From: Octopus sinensis
Taxonomy: Eukaryota
DNA length: 64,000 nt
Direction of reading: 5' to 3'
NCBI RefSeq assembly: GCF_006345805.1
Contig: NC_043011.1
Coordinates: forward strand, 32,934,464-32,998,463
Shown here: one piece after another, positions 1 to 11,535 of the stretch
Position numbering within the stretch: the stretch's first letter is position 1
Layout of the letters: the number at the start of each line of letters is the position of its first letter
The notes under the pieces: model-generated
What the model was told of the DNA's origin: nothing
Database searches by the model: none
Seen by the model: only the letters and a program-made list of their open reading frames with translations
Position numbers and translations under genes: made by a program

Positions 1-128
1 AAAAGAGACCAATAGAATAAGTACTAGGCTTACAAAGAATAAGTCCTGGTGTCGATTTGCTCGACTAAAAGGCGGTGCTCCAGCATGGCCACAGTCAAAT
101 GACTGAAACAAGTAAAAGAGTAAAATAG
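1..128 (+). mobile_element. SINE family A, 3' part (window starts inside it)
   Basis: Matches the 3' half of the full copy at 56383-56787, ending TGACTGAAACAAGTAAAAGAGTAAAA. Confidence 0.9.
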
Positions 129-211
129 TGAATGTACCTAATTCCTCATCTCTGAAATCTTGAAATAAACTGAATAATGACATACATACATACATACATA
201 CATACATGCAT

Positions 212-288
<77 letters not shown>

Positions 289-410
289 GTACTCTAAGTA
301 CGTATGTGCATTAGTTTGCTTTCTTCACTATGTTTTCTAGGTGTTTCATGCATGCTTTTGACATTTTGCATGTAACACCTAGTAGTTCTGTCTTCTGTTT
401 GTAATGTATA

Positions 411-646
411 CTCTTTTACTCTTTTACTTGTTTCAGTCACTTGACTGTGGCCATGCTGGAGCACCGGCTTTAGTCGAGCAAATCGACCCCAGGATTTATT
501 CATTGTAAGCCTGGTACTTATTGTATTGTCTCTTTTGCCGAACCACTAAGTTACGGGGACATAACCACACCAGTATCGATTGTCAAGCAATGTTGGGGGG
601 ACAAACACAGACACACAAACATATATACACACATGTACATATATAT

Positions 647-679
<33 letters not shown>

Positions 680-950
680 GTATACATATATACGACAGGC
701 TTCTTTCAGTTTCTGTCTACCAAATCCACCCACAAGGCTTTAGTCAGCCCAAGGCTATAGTAGAAGACACTTGCTCTTTGTAAGCCTAGTACTTATTCTA
801 TCAGTCTGTTTTGCCGAACTGCTAAGTTACGGGGCCATAAACACACCAGCATCAGATGTCAAGCAATATTGGGGGGGACAGACACAGTCACACAAACAGA
901 TACACAAACATATATATATATATAATATATATATATATACATATATATAT

Positions 951-1010
<60 letters not shown>

Positions 1011-1166
1011 GGCTTCTTTCAGTTTCCATCTACCAAGTCCACTCACAAGGCTTTGGTTGGCCCGAAGGTATAGTAGAAAACACTTGCTCAAGGTGCCACG
1101 CAGTGGGACTGAACCCGGAACCATGTGGTTGGTCAGCAAGCTACTTACCACACACCCACTCCTGCG
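411..1166 (-). mobile_element. SINE family A, head-to-tail partial dimer with internal (TA)n
   Basis: The family sequence runs 411-~775, restarts internally at CTCTTTGTAAGCCTAGTAC, and reaches the tRNA-like head at ~1166. Confidence 0.9.
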
Positions 1167-1420
1167 TATGTTTATGTTATTAACTCTAGTAGTTGTATTC
1201 CATTTCTGTTGGTGTAACTGTAAGGCAGGAGCAAGAGAACGTGTCAAATGTTACTTTAAATTCATGGTTTTGAAGCTAAGTTTCTAGGTTATTGATTCGG
1301 GTTTGGAGAAATTGTATAGGTCGTCTGTTGAAATGCTCATCGGCATTTCTTCTGGCTCAAATTTTGCCCATGAATAACTTTGCCTTTCATCCTTTTTGGA
1401 GTCAATAAAATAATGTACCA

Positions 1421-1880
1421 GTGGGGGTCAAGAAGTGGGAGTCATGAAGTGGGGGTCAAGAAGTGGGGTGAAGAAGTGGGGTTCAAGAAGTAGGGTCAAG
1501 AAGTGGGAATCAAGAAGTGGGGGTCAAGAAGTGAGGGGTCAAGAAGTGGGGTTCAAGAAGTAGGGTCAAGAAGTGGGAATCAAGAAGTGAGGGTCAAGAA
1601 GTGAGGGGCCAAGAAGTAGGAGTCATGAAGTGGGGGTGTCAAGAAGTGGGGGTCAAGAAGTGGGATCAAGAAGTGGGGATCAAGAAGTGGGAATCAAGAA
1701 GTGGAGGTCAAGAAGTAGGGGGTCATGAAGTGGGGGTGTCAAGAAGTAGGGATCAAGAAGTGGGGATCAAGAAGTGGGAATCAAGAAGTGGAGGTCAAGA
1801 AGTAGGGGGTCATGAAGTGGGGGTGTCAAAAAGTAGGGATCAAGAAGTGGTGGTCAAGAAATGGGGTCAAGAAGTGGGGT
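1421..1880 (+). repeat. G-rich minisatellite, ~14-16 bp unit (GGTCAAGAAGTGGG), about 30 copies
   Basis: Directly visible tandem array with higher-order variant units (GGGAATCAAG, GGGTCATGAAG). Confidence 0.95.
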
Positions 1881-1998
1881 CCCCCTTGCTAGTGTTGTGC
1901 CAAAGTTTGAAACGGTTATTTTGAAGACAGCAAACTGACAGAACCATCAGCTCATAGCAGTATTTCTTTTGGTTCCTTATGTTCTGAGTTTAAATACC

Positions 1999-2220
1999 TA
2001 TTTCTTTACTACCTACAAGGGGCTAAACACAGAGAGGACAAACAAGGACAGACAAACGGATTAAGTCAATTACATCGCCTCCAGTGCGTAACTGGTACTT
2101 AAATTATCGACCCCGAAAGGATGAAAGGCAAAGTCGACCTCGGCGGCATTTGAACTCAGAACGTAACGGCAGACAAAATACAGCTACGCATTTCGCCCAG
2201 CGTGCTAACGTTTCTGCCAG
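1999..2220 (-). mobile_element. SINE family C (GGCGGTGAGCTGGCAGAA-headed), young copy nested in an older copy
   Basis: Homologous to 9696-9925 and 30398-30630; 11-bp direct repeat AGTTTAAATAC at 1987-1997 and 2219-2229. Confidence 0.9.
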
Positions 2221-2834
2221 TTTAAATACTACTAAGGTCAACATTGCCTTTCATCTTTCTTCAGGTTGATAAAATAAATTACCAATCAGTTACTGTGTTC
2301 AACGGCATCAAAATTCCTGGCTTTCAGCCAAAATTTCAAATAAATATTATCATCATTATTATTAATTACAATTCTGCTATCTCCTCTAATTAAACATCTA
2401 CCATGTCATCTTACTCTAACACTGTTGCCTAATTATGTTGTAACCTTTTAAATATGCACTTTGACAAATACTGTGTAAGGTTTTGCATGCACTGACAACA
2501 CCTTAGAAAACACAGATGAGGAAAATATTGCTCATATGAAACACTTTCATTTACTAAATGTCAGGATCAAAGAGTGGATTATAAGTGACATTTATTTTAG
2601 TCAGTGCCTCAGAATAAGTCACAGCTAGTAGACTGAAACCTATGCAAAAGTATCTGCGAGCTTAGGAGTGGGGAGGGCAGCTAAAATATAGAGGCATAAG
2701 TAATTACTGGTGGCATGTCAATACATCATGTAAGATGTGCTAAGCATTTTCTATTACAACACCCATAGGTAATGGTGGTGGTAGTGGGGATGATGATGAT
2801 GATGACAACGACGATGACAATGATTACGATGATG

Positions 2835-2865
<31 letters not shown>

Positions 2866-2969
2866 GAGGACACCAAGATTTATGTAATTTAGGGCCTCAC
2901 CAAATCTAAATCCAGCACTGATTTTATGACTGACGTTTCATTTGGCTACCAGCATCATAGATCATTCTA

Positions 2970-3179
2970 CTCTTTTACTCTTTTACTTGCTTCAGTCATT
3001 TGACTGTGGCCATGCTGGAGCACCACCTTTAGTCGAGCAAATCGACCCCAGGACTTATTCTTTGTAAGCCTAGTATTTATTCTATTGGTCTGTTTTGCTG
3101 AACCACTAAGTTACAAGGACGTAAACACACCAGCAACGGTTGTCAAGCGATGATGGGGGAGATAAACAGACACACAAAC

Positions 3180-3253
<74 letters not shown>

Positions 3254-3444
3254 GAATATGTATATATACATACATATATATGACAGGCTTCTTTCAGTTT
3301 CCATCAACCAAATCCACTCACAAAGCTTTGATCAGCCCGAAGCTATAGTAGAAGACACTTGTCCAAGATGCCATGCAGTGGGACTGAACCTGGAACCATG
3401 TAGTTTGTAAGCAAGCTACTTACCACACAGCCACTCCTGTGCCT
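2970..3444 (-). mobile_element. SINE family A, full length
   Basis: Whole family sequence: head AGGCACAGGAGTGGCTGTGTGG (A-box-like), central (TA)n, AAAAGAGT tail repeats. Confidence 0.9.
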
Positions 3445-3804
3445 CTTGAAAAAGAAAACAATTCATTGCTTCCTGAGAGACAGTTTTAGCCAAATGTCTT
3501 TATAGCTTTTGGTTGCCTTCTACTGTTCTTCGATTCCTAAGGGGGGCATCTTTGGGACTATTTCATTTGCAGTATGACTGGTATGCCAGAATGGCGCTCA
3601 TGCATCCTAAGCATTCTTGAAATGAAGTTTGTAAATTTATATAAGACATCTAACTTGTATGCTCCTCGTCTATCTTCTCCCATCCACTATTTCTGGGAAA
3701 GTCATGGGGGGTAGATTCTTCAAGCACCTCCTCCATAGGGTCCTATCAGAAACAACCATCATTAAACCTTTCCAGCTAGATTCCCAAACATGATCAACCA
3801 ATAT

Positions 3805-4166
3805 ACATTATTTACATTATTTACATTTGATGGGTATTTGTCCTCATCTTGTTTGTTGTTAACATGTTTCGGCTGATATACCCTTCATCAGGTGTCTTGG
3901 GGAAATTTTGAACCTGGGTTCTCATTCCTAAGGTATTTTTCGATGTTGTTATTATTATTATTATTATCATTATAATTATTATTATTATTTTTATTATTAT
4001 TATTCAGGTCACTGCCGGGAATCAAACTCAGAATCTTGGTATATGGCATAGTGGTTAAGAGTGTGAGCTACTAACCCCTAAATTCTGAGTTCGATCCCAG
4101 ACAGTGACCAGATTAATAATAATAATAATAATAATGATGATAATAATAATAATAATAATAATAATA

Positions 4167-4243
<77 letters not shown>

Positions 4244-4284
4244 GCATCGAAAAATACCTTAGGAATGAGAACCCAGATTCAAAA
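3805..4284. mobile_element. Two head-to-head copies of a tRNA-headed, (AAT)n-containing SINE (family D) forming a fold-back; left copy carries a degenerate hammerhead-like tail
   Basis: Inverted arms ~3906-4038 and ~4075-4284. The right copy has A-box TGGCATAGTGG and B-box GAGTTCGATCCC. The left copy, read on the minus strand, ends CTGATGAagggtatatcagccGAAAC followed by (ATGTAAATA)n. Confidence 0.75.
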
Positions 4285-4752
4285 ATTGGTAAAAAAATGC
4301 CAAATTCTCAATCCTCAATTCAAGTTTCATGCCTGTTCACACCTATGGACACGATAACTGTTATTTATTTATGTATTTCTTCATAGTTACCAGTTTCAAA
4401 TAAGCCAATCATTGATTCACTGTATTTTTGATGGTAAGCATGACAGTGGAGTATCAGAAACTCAGGGCAGAGTTAATATCTTAGTGTCATGCAAGCTGTT
4501 ATTGACCATGAGTTTAGCTGATAGCCATCGTCTTTAACATCTAGGATAAGTTAATTTATCAGTGAAACTCATACTCATCTATAAGCTGACAGCTATTATG
4601 TATGTCATTATTCAGTTTATTTCAAGATTTCTTGCCAATAGAGAAAGAAACGGTTTCTTACCTAGATCCAAGGCTCCTTCATTAGAATTTCAACATCAAC
4701 AACAGGGTATGTATGTAAGTATGTATGTATGTATGTATGTATGTATGTATAA

Positions 4753-5010
4753 TTATCATCATCGTTTAAGGTCTGCTTTCCATGCTTGCATGGGTTGGAC
4801 AATTTGACTGAGGTCTAGCGAACCAGATGGCTGTACCAGACTCCAATCTGATCTGGTAGAGTTTCTACAGCTGGATGCCCTTCCTAACGCCAACCAGTCT
4901 CAGAGTGTAGTGGGTGCTTTTACGTGCTACCGGCACGAAGGTCAGTCAGGCAGTACTGGCAATGGTCACGCTCAAATGGTGTTTCTTATGTGCCACCTGC
5001 ACAGCAGCCA
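4753..5010 (-). mobile_element. Stand-alone RTE-LINE 3' tail (family B)
   Basis: Same sequence as the 3' UTR of the RTE fragments at 47.1-47.4 kb; (GAT)n tail. Confidence 0.85.
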
Positions 5011-5456
5011 GTATGTCATTATTCAGTTTATTTCAAGATTTCTTGCCAATAGAGAAAGAAACGGTTTCTAATCTAGATCCAAGGCTCCTTCATTGGAATT
5101 TCAACGTCAGCAACAGGGTATGTATGTATGTATGTATGTATGTATGTATGTATGTATGTATGTATGTGCAGATTTGTATGTTTTATGTATGTATTCTCAT
5201 GCATATAGTTGCATTTCTAGACATGCTCGTATATATTTAAATGATGAACTTCTTGAAAGTTTTACAGATTTTTACAACTCCAGTGATGGATTGGATGTCT
5301 AGTCTTTGAATTAGCTTTCTCCTCCCTGGTTTTGAGAAGCCTAATGACTCAAGATTGGTATTTAGGCAGTGTGTTACATATCCCAGGGCCCCAATAATTA
5401 CAGGTATAAACCTGAACTTGTAATCTGGATAGAGTAGCTGCAGATTTCCCAATAGT
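5011..5456 (-). mobile_element. R4/Dong-like (restriction-endonuclease-type) LINE, 3' end
   Basis: Minus ORF LQLLYPDYKFRFIPVIIGALGYV...VKICKTF resembles the C-terminus of R4/Dong-clade ORFs; followed by a 3' UTR. Clade assigned by motif recall. Confidence 0.6.
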
Positions 5457-6469
5457 TCATGGGGTTGTTAAGCAAGCTACTTACCACACAGCCATGTATG
5501 TATGTATGTATGTATGTATGTATGTATGTATGTATGTTTGTTTGTATCTGTGTGTATTATGAATTGTGTGTATGTTTAAAAAGCCATACAGTACAAATTT
5601 GTATGAATTTATTTCATTCACTATCCATAATAAATAGTCAGTGTAACTGATATTTTATCAAAAACAAAAAAAAACAAAAATGTTTGCCATACAGAGTTGG
5701 AAATTACTGGATGTTAAATATTCTTCAAACATCATTCAATCATTTCAGGTTGTCACATCAGCAACATATCTTTTTCATTTGGCAAAATTTCATGAGAAGA
5801 AAATCCTATACAGTTTTGCCATGTGAATATGGTGTTGCTAGTTTGAGACTTACATTCTGGTGGAGAAGAAGAATCTCAGCATCTCATCAAAATCCCTTCC
5901 AATTATCCAGATGTAGACTGGCAGAAGTAATTTTGCTCACCTTTTTTTTTATTATTATATTTCCTGTCATGGTATATATAGCACAGTAAAATCAATGAGT
6001 GGCAAAATCCAGCTACTCACTGTGAAAGCCATCTTGTATAGTAAAAGTCCAAAGAACAGTTTTTGATCTGAATTTTAATCAACATGTAATTGAACATGGG
6101 AGCTTTTTATATCCATGTTATATGGTTGCTTTAGCAGATATATCATTTTTTTTTCCCTTATTTCCCATTAGTGCTGTAATTCAAATGGTTTTTGTCTAAG
6201 AAAAGAATTAAAATCTGACCTGGATATTCTGGTATGAAAAACATTTAAGGCAACATAAAATGCTCATCATTTTCATGTTTTATTCCAAAAATTCTGATTG
6301 TAAGCATCTGGAATGAGACCAGGTTTGATATATTTCCCTATAATAAATTCGTTTCAGTGTGACACTTCATGTCACATAATCCCCATAGAGAAGCATCAAT
6401 ATTCATAAAATTGCTAGATAAAACTAATGAGAAAATGGCAAAAATATTTGCTTCACTAACGAAATCTCC

Positions 6470-6665
6470 TCCTCTTCCTCCTCCTCCTCCTCCTCTTCTT
6501 CTTCTTCTTCTCTTCTTCTTCTTCTCTTCTTCTTCTTCTTCTTCTTCCCCTCCTCCTTCCCTCCTCCTCCACCTTTCCTCTGTCTTCTTATTCTTCTTCC
6601 TTTTCTTCTTCTTTCTCCTCCTCCTCCTCTCCTCCTCCTGATCACTCACCTCCTCTTCCTCCTCC
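6470..6665. repeat. (CCT)n/(CTT)n polypyrimidine tract
   Basis: Directly visible; source of the spurious poly-E/R ORFs. Confidence 0.95.
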
Positions 6666-7220
6666 AGCATGGCCACAGTCAAATGACTGAAACAAGTAAG
6701 AGAGGGTTTAAAAGTGAAAAAGAGAGACTTGTTGCTGTCGTCCCCTACATGGGACTATTTCACTTCTTTTGTAGTGTAGCATTTTTCTTCCCAATTTTTT
6801 TTTTTTATAATGGCTATAACTAAAATGACTTGTCAGTCTGCTTCATTTTGCTCTGTGAGCAAAACAGAAAAGATGAATTGTTTCGATTGTTGCATGAAAA
6901 TTGGGCAGAAATTCCACAAGAGACAATCACAAAGCTCATCAGTCCAATGTCAAAAAGAGTTTCTGAATTAAAAACTGCAATGGGAATGTCAACTAAATAC
7001 TAAAGTATGTAGTCCTACCTATCGATTACATTTCAATTGTTCACTTTGCATATTAAATAAAAGATTTGAAAATTAAAGGTGTCTATTTAATTCCTGCTGT
7101 GTCTATGTATATGCATATATATATATTTATATATATATATATATATATGTATGAATATATACTCACACACACATATTTAAATACATATATATACACACAC
7201 ACACACACATATTTAATTAC

Positions 7221-7254
<34 letters not shown>

Positions 7255-7289
7255 ATGTATATATATATAACGGGAAGCTTTATGAAAAT

Positions 7290-8560
7290 AAACAAAAGAC
7301 GAAGGCAGGTGGAGTACAAACAAACAATTGTATTAGTATGGCCCTCAGGAATATAAATAAAACAAGTCTTTTACGTTTCGAGCCTACGCTCTTCAACAGA
7401 AAGAAACACAGAAAAGAAACACGGAGAGAAACAAGGAGAGAAAAAAATGCGTGCAGAAGCTAGCGATTCAACATGGCGATCTGATTCTGGCCAGAAGTCA
7501 GAGATCAAATGTGAGACGCAAGAGCGAAAATAGGGGAGATAACAGGGTCAAATGACTTCGCCCCCAACATAAGGGTGCATCTGTATGAGAGAGTATGTGG
7601 TGCGTATGAAAGGTCTGGACGTGTGTATGTATGTATGATGTGATGTGTAATGTCGAATAATGTAGTGTAGAGAGGGGAGGTGAGGGGGAGAGTAGAGGAG
7701 GAGGGAGAAGAGGAAAGGTGAGAGTGAGGAGGGTGAGATGAAGGGGAGGGTGAGAGGGGGGTGAAGGTGAGATGAGTCGGTGATGTAGGCAGCGGCTTAG
7801 AAAAGAGACGTGGCTAGAGAAGTGGGTTTTTTTAAAAAGAAGCAGAGAGAGATTAATGGACGGCTGAAAGCAGTTTGGAGGGAGTAGGCGGAGGTAATCT
7901 TTCAAACGGTAGTGGATAGTGAGGAGGTAGGATTTGTAATCCGGCATGGTGGAATAGTGAAAAAAAAGAGTGGAGAAAAAAGAAAAAAAGAAAAAAGGAG
8001 AAAAAAGGGGGAAAAAACAAACATTCGAAAAAAAACAACAAAAAAACAATAATTCGAAAAAAACTAGATAAAAAAAAGGCAGTAGGGGCAGAAAATAAAG
8101 GCAGAGAAGATGGGACAAATGGAAAAAGGAAAGAAAGAAAGGAAGCAGAGAGAGGGGGAGGCAAAAAAAGGGGGTGCAGGCAGAGGAAACAGAGTATGGA
8201 CATCCAGAGAAGGAAGAAACGACAGAAAGGAGGACAAAAAATGCAGGAAATTGTGGAAAGTATGAAATGAATGTAAAAAAAGATAATATAAGAGAAAATA
8301 AAATAAAACAAACGGGACAGTTTATACGAACAAGTTCAAGTTTGAGAGTTCAAGGTTGAGAGTTCAAGGTAAAAAATGTATAGACGTTGTGGTATATTTT
8401 TTTTTAAGGATTTCACATCAATAACAAAGTCACTTTGATCTGTGAAAGAGAGGTGCGGCCAGTGGTAAGTATCCTGGAGGTGAAGAAAATCCAATGCAGA
8501 GGTAAGAGTTGATAGTGGTGTTGGTAGAATATAGGATATATACACATGATAAAATATAAG
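7290..8560 (-). mobile_element. Penelope-like retroelement relic (internally deleted)
   Basis: Minus ORF at 8336-8545 contains DFLHLQD...FVIDVKSLKKNIP, resembling the Penelope RT motif DVxSLYTxIP; C/T-rich 3' region; terminal hammerhead motif at 7367-7404. Confidence 0.55.
7367..7404 (-). ncRNA. Minimal type-I hammerhead ribozyme motif (CUGUUGA core variant)
   Basis: Minus strand: TCTTT-CTGTTGA-A-GAGC(GTAG)GCTC-GAAAC-GTA-AAAGA. Stem I 5 bp, stem II 4 bp, palindromic ACGT stem III, GUA triplet. Confidence 0.6.
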
Positions 8561-8694
8561 GATAAAAATCTATATAAGAATTTATGAAGTAGCCAGCATG
8601 AAAAACCAGTTTAGGAAAATATTAATATGAAGTATATAATTTTCCCTTTAAATATAAATACATTAATTATAGTAATAGCCCTTAATATAATTAT

Positions 8695-8730
<36 letters not shown>

Positions 8731-9695
8731 CCTATCGATCTCCCCATTAGTATGTGAATCCTCCCAGTCTTGTTTTCCCTTTTCCTATACCTTTTAACTC
8801 CCCTTACTAAACTTGCATGCTGTGATATATTGAAGGAACTTACCATTCTATCTGTAGTGTACCTGGATTATTGCAATAGCGATGACAATGATAGCTAACC
8901 TCTACTAGCAGCCTGCAGACCCTAGACAGTTCGTTTTCATTTCTAATAGCCATGTGCTCTTCACACCAACATATAATAGTTTGTGAGCAGGGCTTATGAT
9001 ATAGCAGTTGGAACATACTATCCAAACCCGTACCCCTGGCTATTGTCTTCAGTAACTTCACATGTTTTTTTTTTCTTTCACACTGAGGTGATAATACTTT
9101 CCTGTTTTTATATCATCACTGCCCATTTTGCATTCCATAATATTTCATTAGACCACTCCATACTACTGGCCTTCCATCACATCCGACCAGCTATTTTCCT
9201 CTAACTCCATATTCATTACATAGCCTCATCCTTCATCAAACTCTTTTTTGATAGGTAGCAATCTACTTTACTATAACCTTAATTTCCATAAAAGTTTGAG
9301 TTTTGATGGCCTAGTACCCCCACCACCACCACCACCACCACCACCACCGGCCACCTCTACTTTCAACCATTTTCCACCGAATACCCCTATATTTCTGTAT
9401 CTCTTCTGTACCCCTCCCCTGGTCTTTTACCAATAGCAAAAGATTCTTATACCCCAACCCTATACCTGATTGGCTTGTATTCTTTTATTTTTATTTTTAT
9501 TTTTACTTTTCCTTTCACCCACACATCTAATTTATCCTTTTTTCTTTCCTTAACTTTGTTTTATGAACTCTCCTTACTTACCACTACGCTAAGCTTACTA
9601 TAATAAATTATCTCCTACACCCCCACTCCAGCCTACTTAGAATCTACCCTAGTAGACTCCTTCTTGCCCGGGTTACTGACCTTGGATATCATATT

Positions 9696-9925
9696 TATTT
9701 CTTTATTGCCCACAAGGGGCTAAACATAGAGGGGACAAACATGGACAGACAAAGGGATTAAGTCGATTACATCAGCTCCAGTGCATAACTGGCACTTATT
9801 TAATCGACCCCGAAAGAATGAAAGGCAAAGTCAACCTCAGTGGAATTTGAACTCAGAATGTAGCAACAAAACGAAATACTGCTGAGCATTTTACCTAGCG
9901 TGCTAAGGTTTCTGTCAGCTCACCA
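9696..9925 (-). mobile_element. SINE family C, full length with 16-bp TSD
   Basis: CCTTGGATATCATATT at 9680-9695 and 9926-9941 flanks the element. Confidence 0.92.
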
Positions 9926-10162
9926 CCTTGGATATCATATTACATCCTTTTCTTAACCTAACCTGCCAACATAACGGCACATTCTCACATTTCACAGTTG
10001 ACCTTGACAGACTCTAGCCACATCCTGGCTGTATTTCGGCTGTATTTTGCTTTGTAAAAATTACTTCTCATTTGACGATTACAGTCTTTTAAAATGATGT
10101 AATGTTCTCATTCTTCTATTAAAAGAAACAGCTGTGATGAACTGACAATTATCCATCATTTG

Positions 10163-10226
<64 letters not shown>

Positions 10227-10249
10227 GTATATTTATATGCATATATACA

Positions 10250-10294
<45 letters not shown>

Positions 10295-10312
10295 TATATA
10301 TACATATATATT

Positions 10313-11535
10313 GAGATCTGAAAGTGCGCTGAAAGTGTAGCTGCTAAAATTAGAATAGCTTGGGCAAAGTTCAGAGAACTCTTACCTCTGCTGGTGACAA
10401 AAGGCCTCTCACTCAGAGTAAAAGGTAGACGCATGTGTACGAACAGCTATGCTAATTGGCAGTGAAACATGGGCCGTGACTGCTGAGGACATGCGTAAAC
10501 TCGCAAAGAATGAAGCCAGTATGATCCGATGGATGTGTAATGTCAGTGTGCATACTCGACAGAGTGTAAGTACCTTGAGAGAAAAGTTGGACCTAAGAAG
10601 CATCAGATGTGGTGTGCAAGAGAGATGACTGCACTGGTATGATCATGTGGCAAGAATGAATGAGGATAGCTGTGGGAAAAAGTGTCACACCCTAGCAGTT
10701 GAGGGAACCTGTGGAAGAGGTAGACCCAGGAAGACCTGGGATGAAGTGGTGAAGCACGACCTTTGAACTTTAGGCCTAGTGACCGAGACTTTTAGAAATA
10801 TGCTGTGCTTGAGAAGATCCAGCAAGTCAAATGAGACCATAACTTCGTGACCTATGCCAGGGGCGTAACTAGCCCACTTATGTGTACCTTTTCCTTCTTT
10901 GGACACTAAACTCTGCTTGCGAAGACCTATTGAAGCAAGTGAAATTAAAATCAAATTCGATGACTGGAATCCGTGCTAGTGGGGTGCAAAGAGCACTATA
11001 CGAGTGTTATCATTGACAGAGCGGCTAACCGGCTTCCGTGCCAGTGGCACATAAAAGGCACCATTCAAATGTGATCGTTACCAGTGTTGCCTTACTGGTA
11101 CTTGTTCCCCATGCTAGTAGGATGCTAAGAGCACCATCTGAGCGTGATTGTGCCAATCTGTGGACATGTACTGAGAGTGATAAAAAATCAAACATCCAGT
11201 CAACATCATGGTGTTTGGAGTGATCACAAGTGATGGCAACGTTATGCCTCCATTCATATTCCCACACAGCCTTAGACTCAACATGGAGGCCTACATCAAG
11301 TTAAAATGAGATATCAGTGCTATTTTCGTTTTTGCATAATTTAGATGACAGTTTACTAGACTTTTGGAAAAATGCTAAACTGTTGTACTACACTTTGACA
11401 ATTTTCATTTGAAGCAGCTGGAGATATGATAGTTTGACCAAAAGAACCATCTGGTTCGCCAGTTCTCAGTCAAATCGTCCAACCCATGCTAGCATGGAAA
11501 GTGGATGTCAAATGACGACGACGACGATGATGATG
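10313..11535 (+). mobile_element. RTE-clade LINE, 5'-truncated 3' fragment
   Basis: Degenerate C-terminus IRIAWAKFRELLPLLVTKGLSLRVKGR...GSETWA...GRGRPRKTW, then the family-B 3' UTR; interrupted by a maT fragment. Confidence 0.9.
11171..11300 (+). mobile_element. maT/Tc1-like transposase fragment inside the RTE tail
   Basis: KHPVNIMVFGVITSDGNVMPPFIFP; homologous to the minus-strand sequence at ~17.66-17.73 kb. Confidence 0.75.

Noticed and set aside
1421-1880. Possible CRISPR-like array
   Set aside because: No unique spacers; simple tandem minisatellite in eukaryotic DNA.
1601-1924. 107-aa repetitive ORF (QEVG repeats)
   Set aside because: It lies wholly in the minisatellite; unit lengths vary out of frame and there is no splice or start context.
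4044-4110. tRNA-like sequences here and at the heads of families A, E and F
   Set aside because: A/B boxes are present but there is no complete cloverleaf, and they continue into SINE bodies; treated as SINE heads.
4387-4433. 47-nt plus-strand exon candidate (strong AG/GT, YQFQISQSLIHCIFD)
   Set aside because: Short, no recognisable homology and no supported partner exon; chance occurrence is plausible.
8830-9250. Possible L1/Tx1-like C-terminal zinc-knuckle relic on the minus strand
   Set aside because: Only a vague RVCRLL..YHC resemblance; too degenerate to support.
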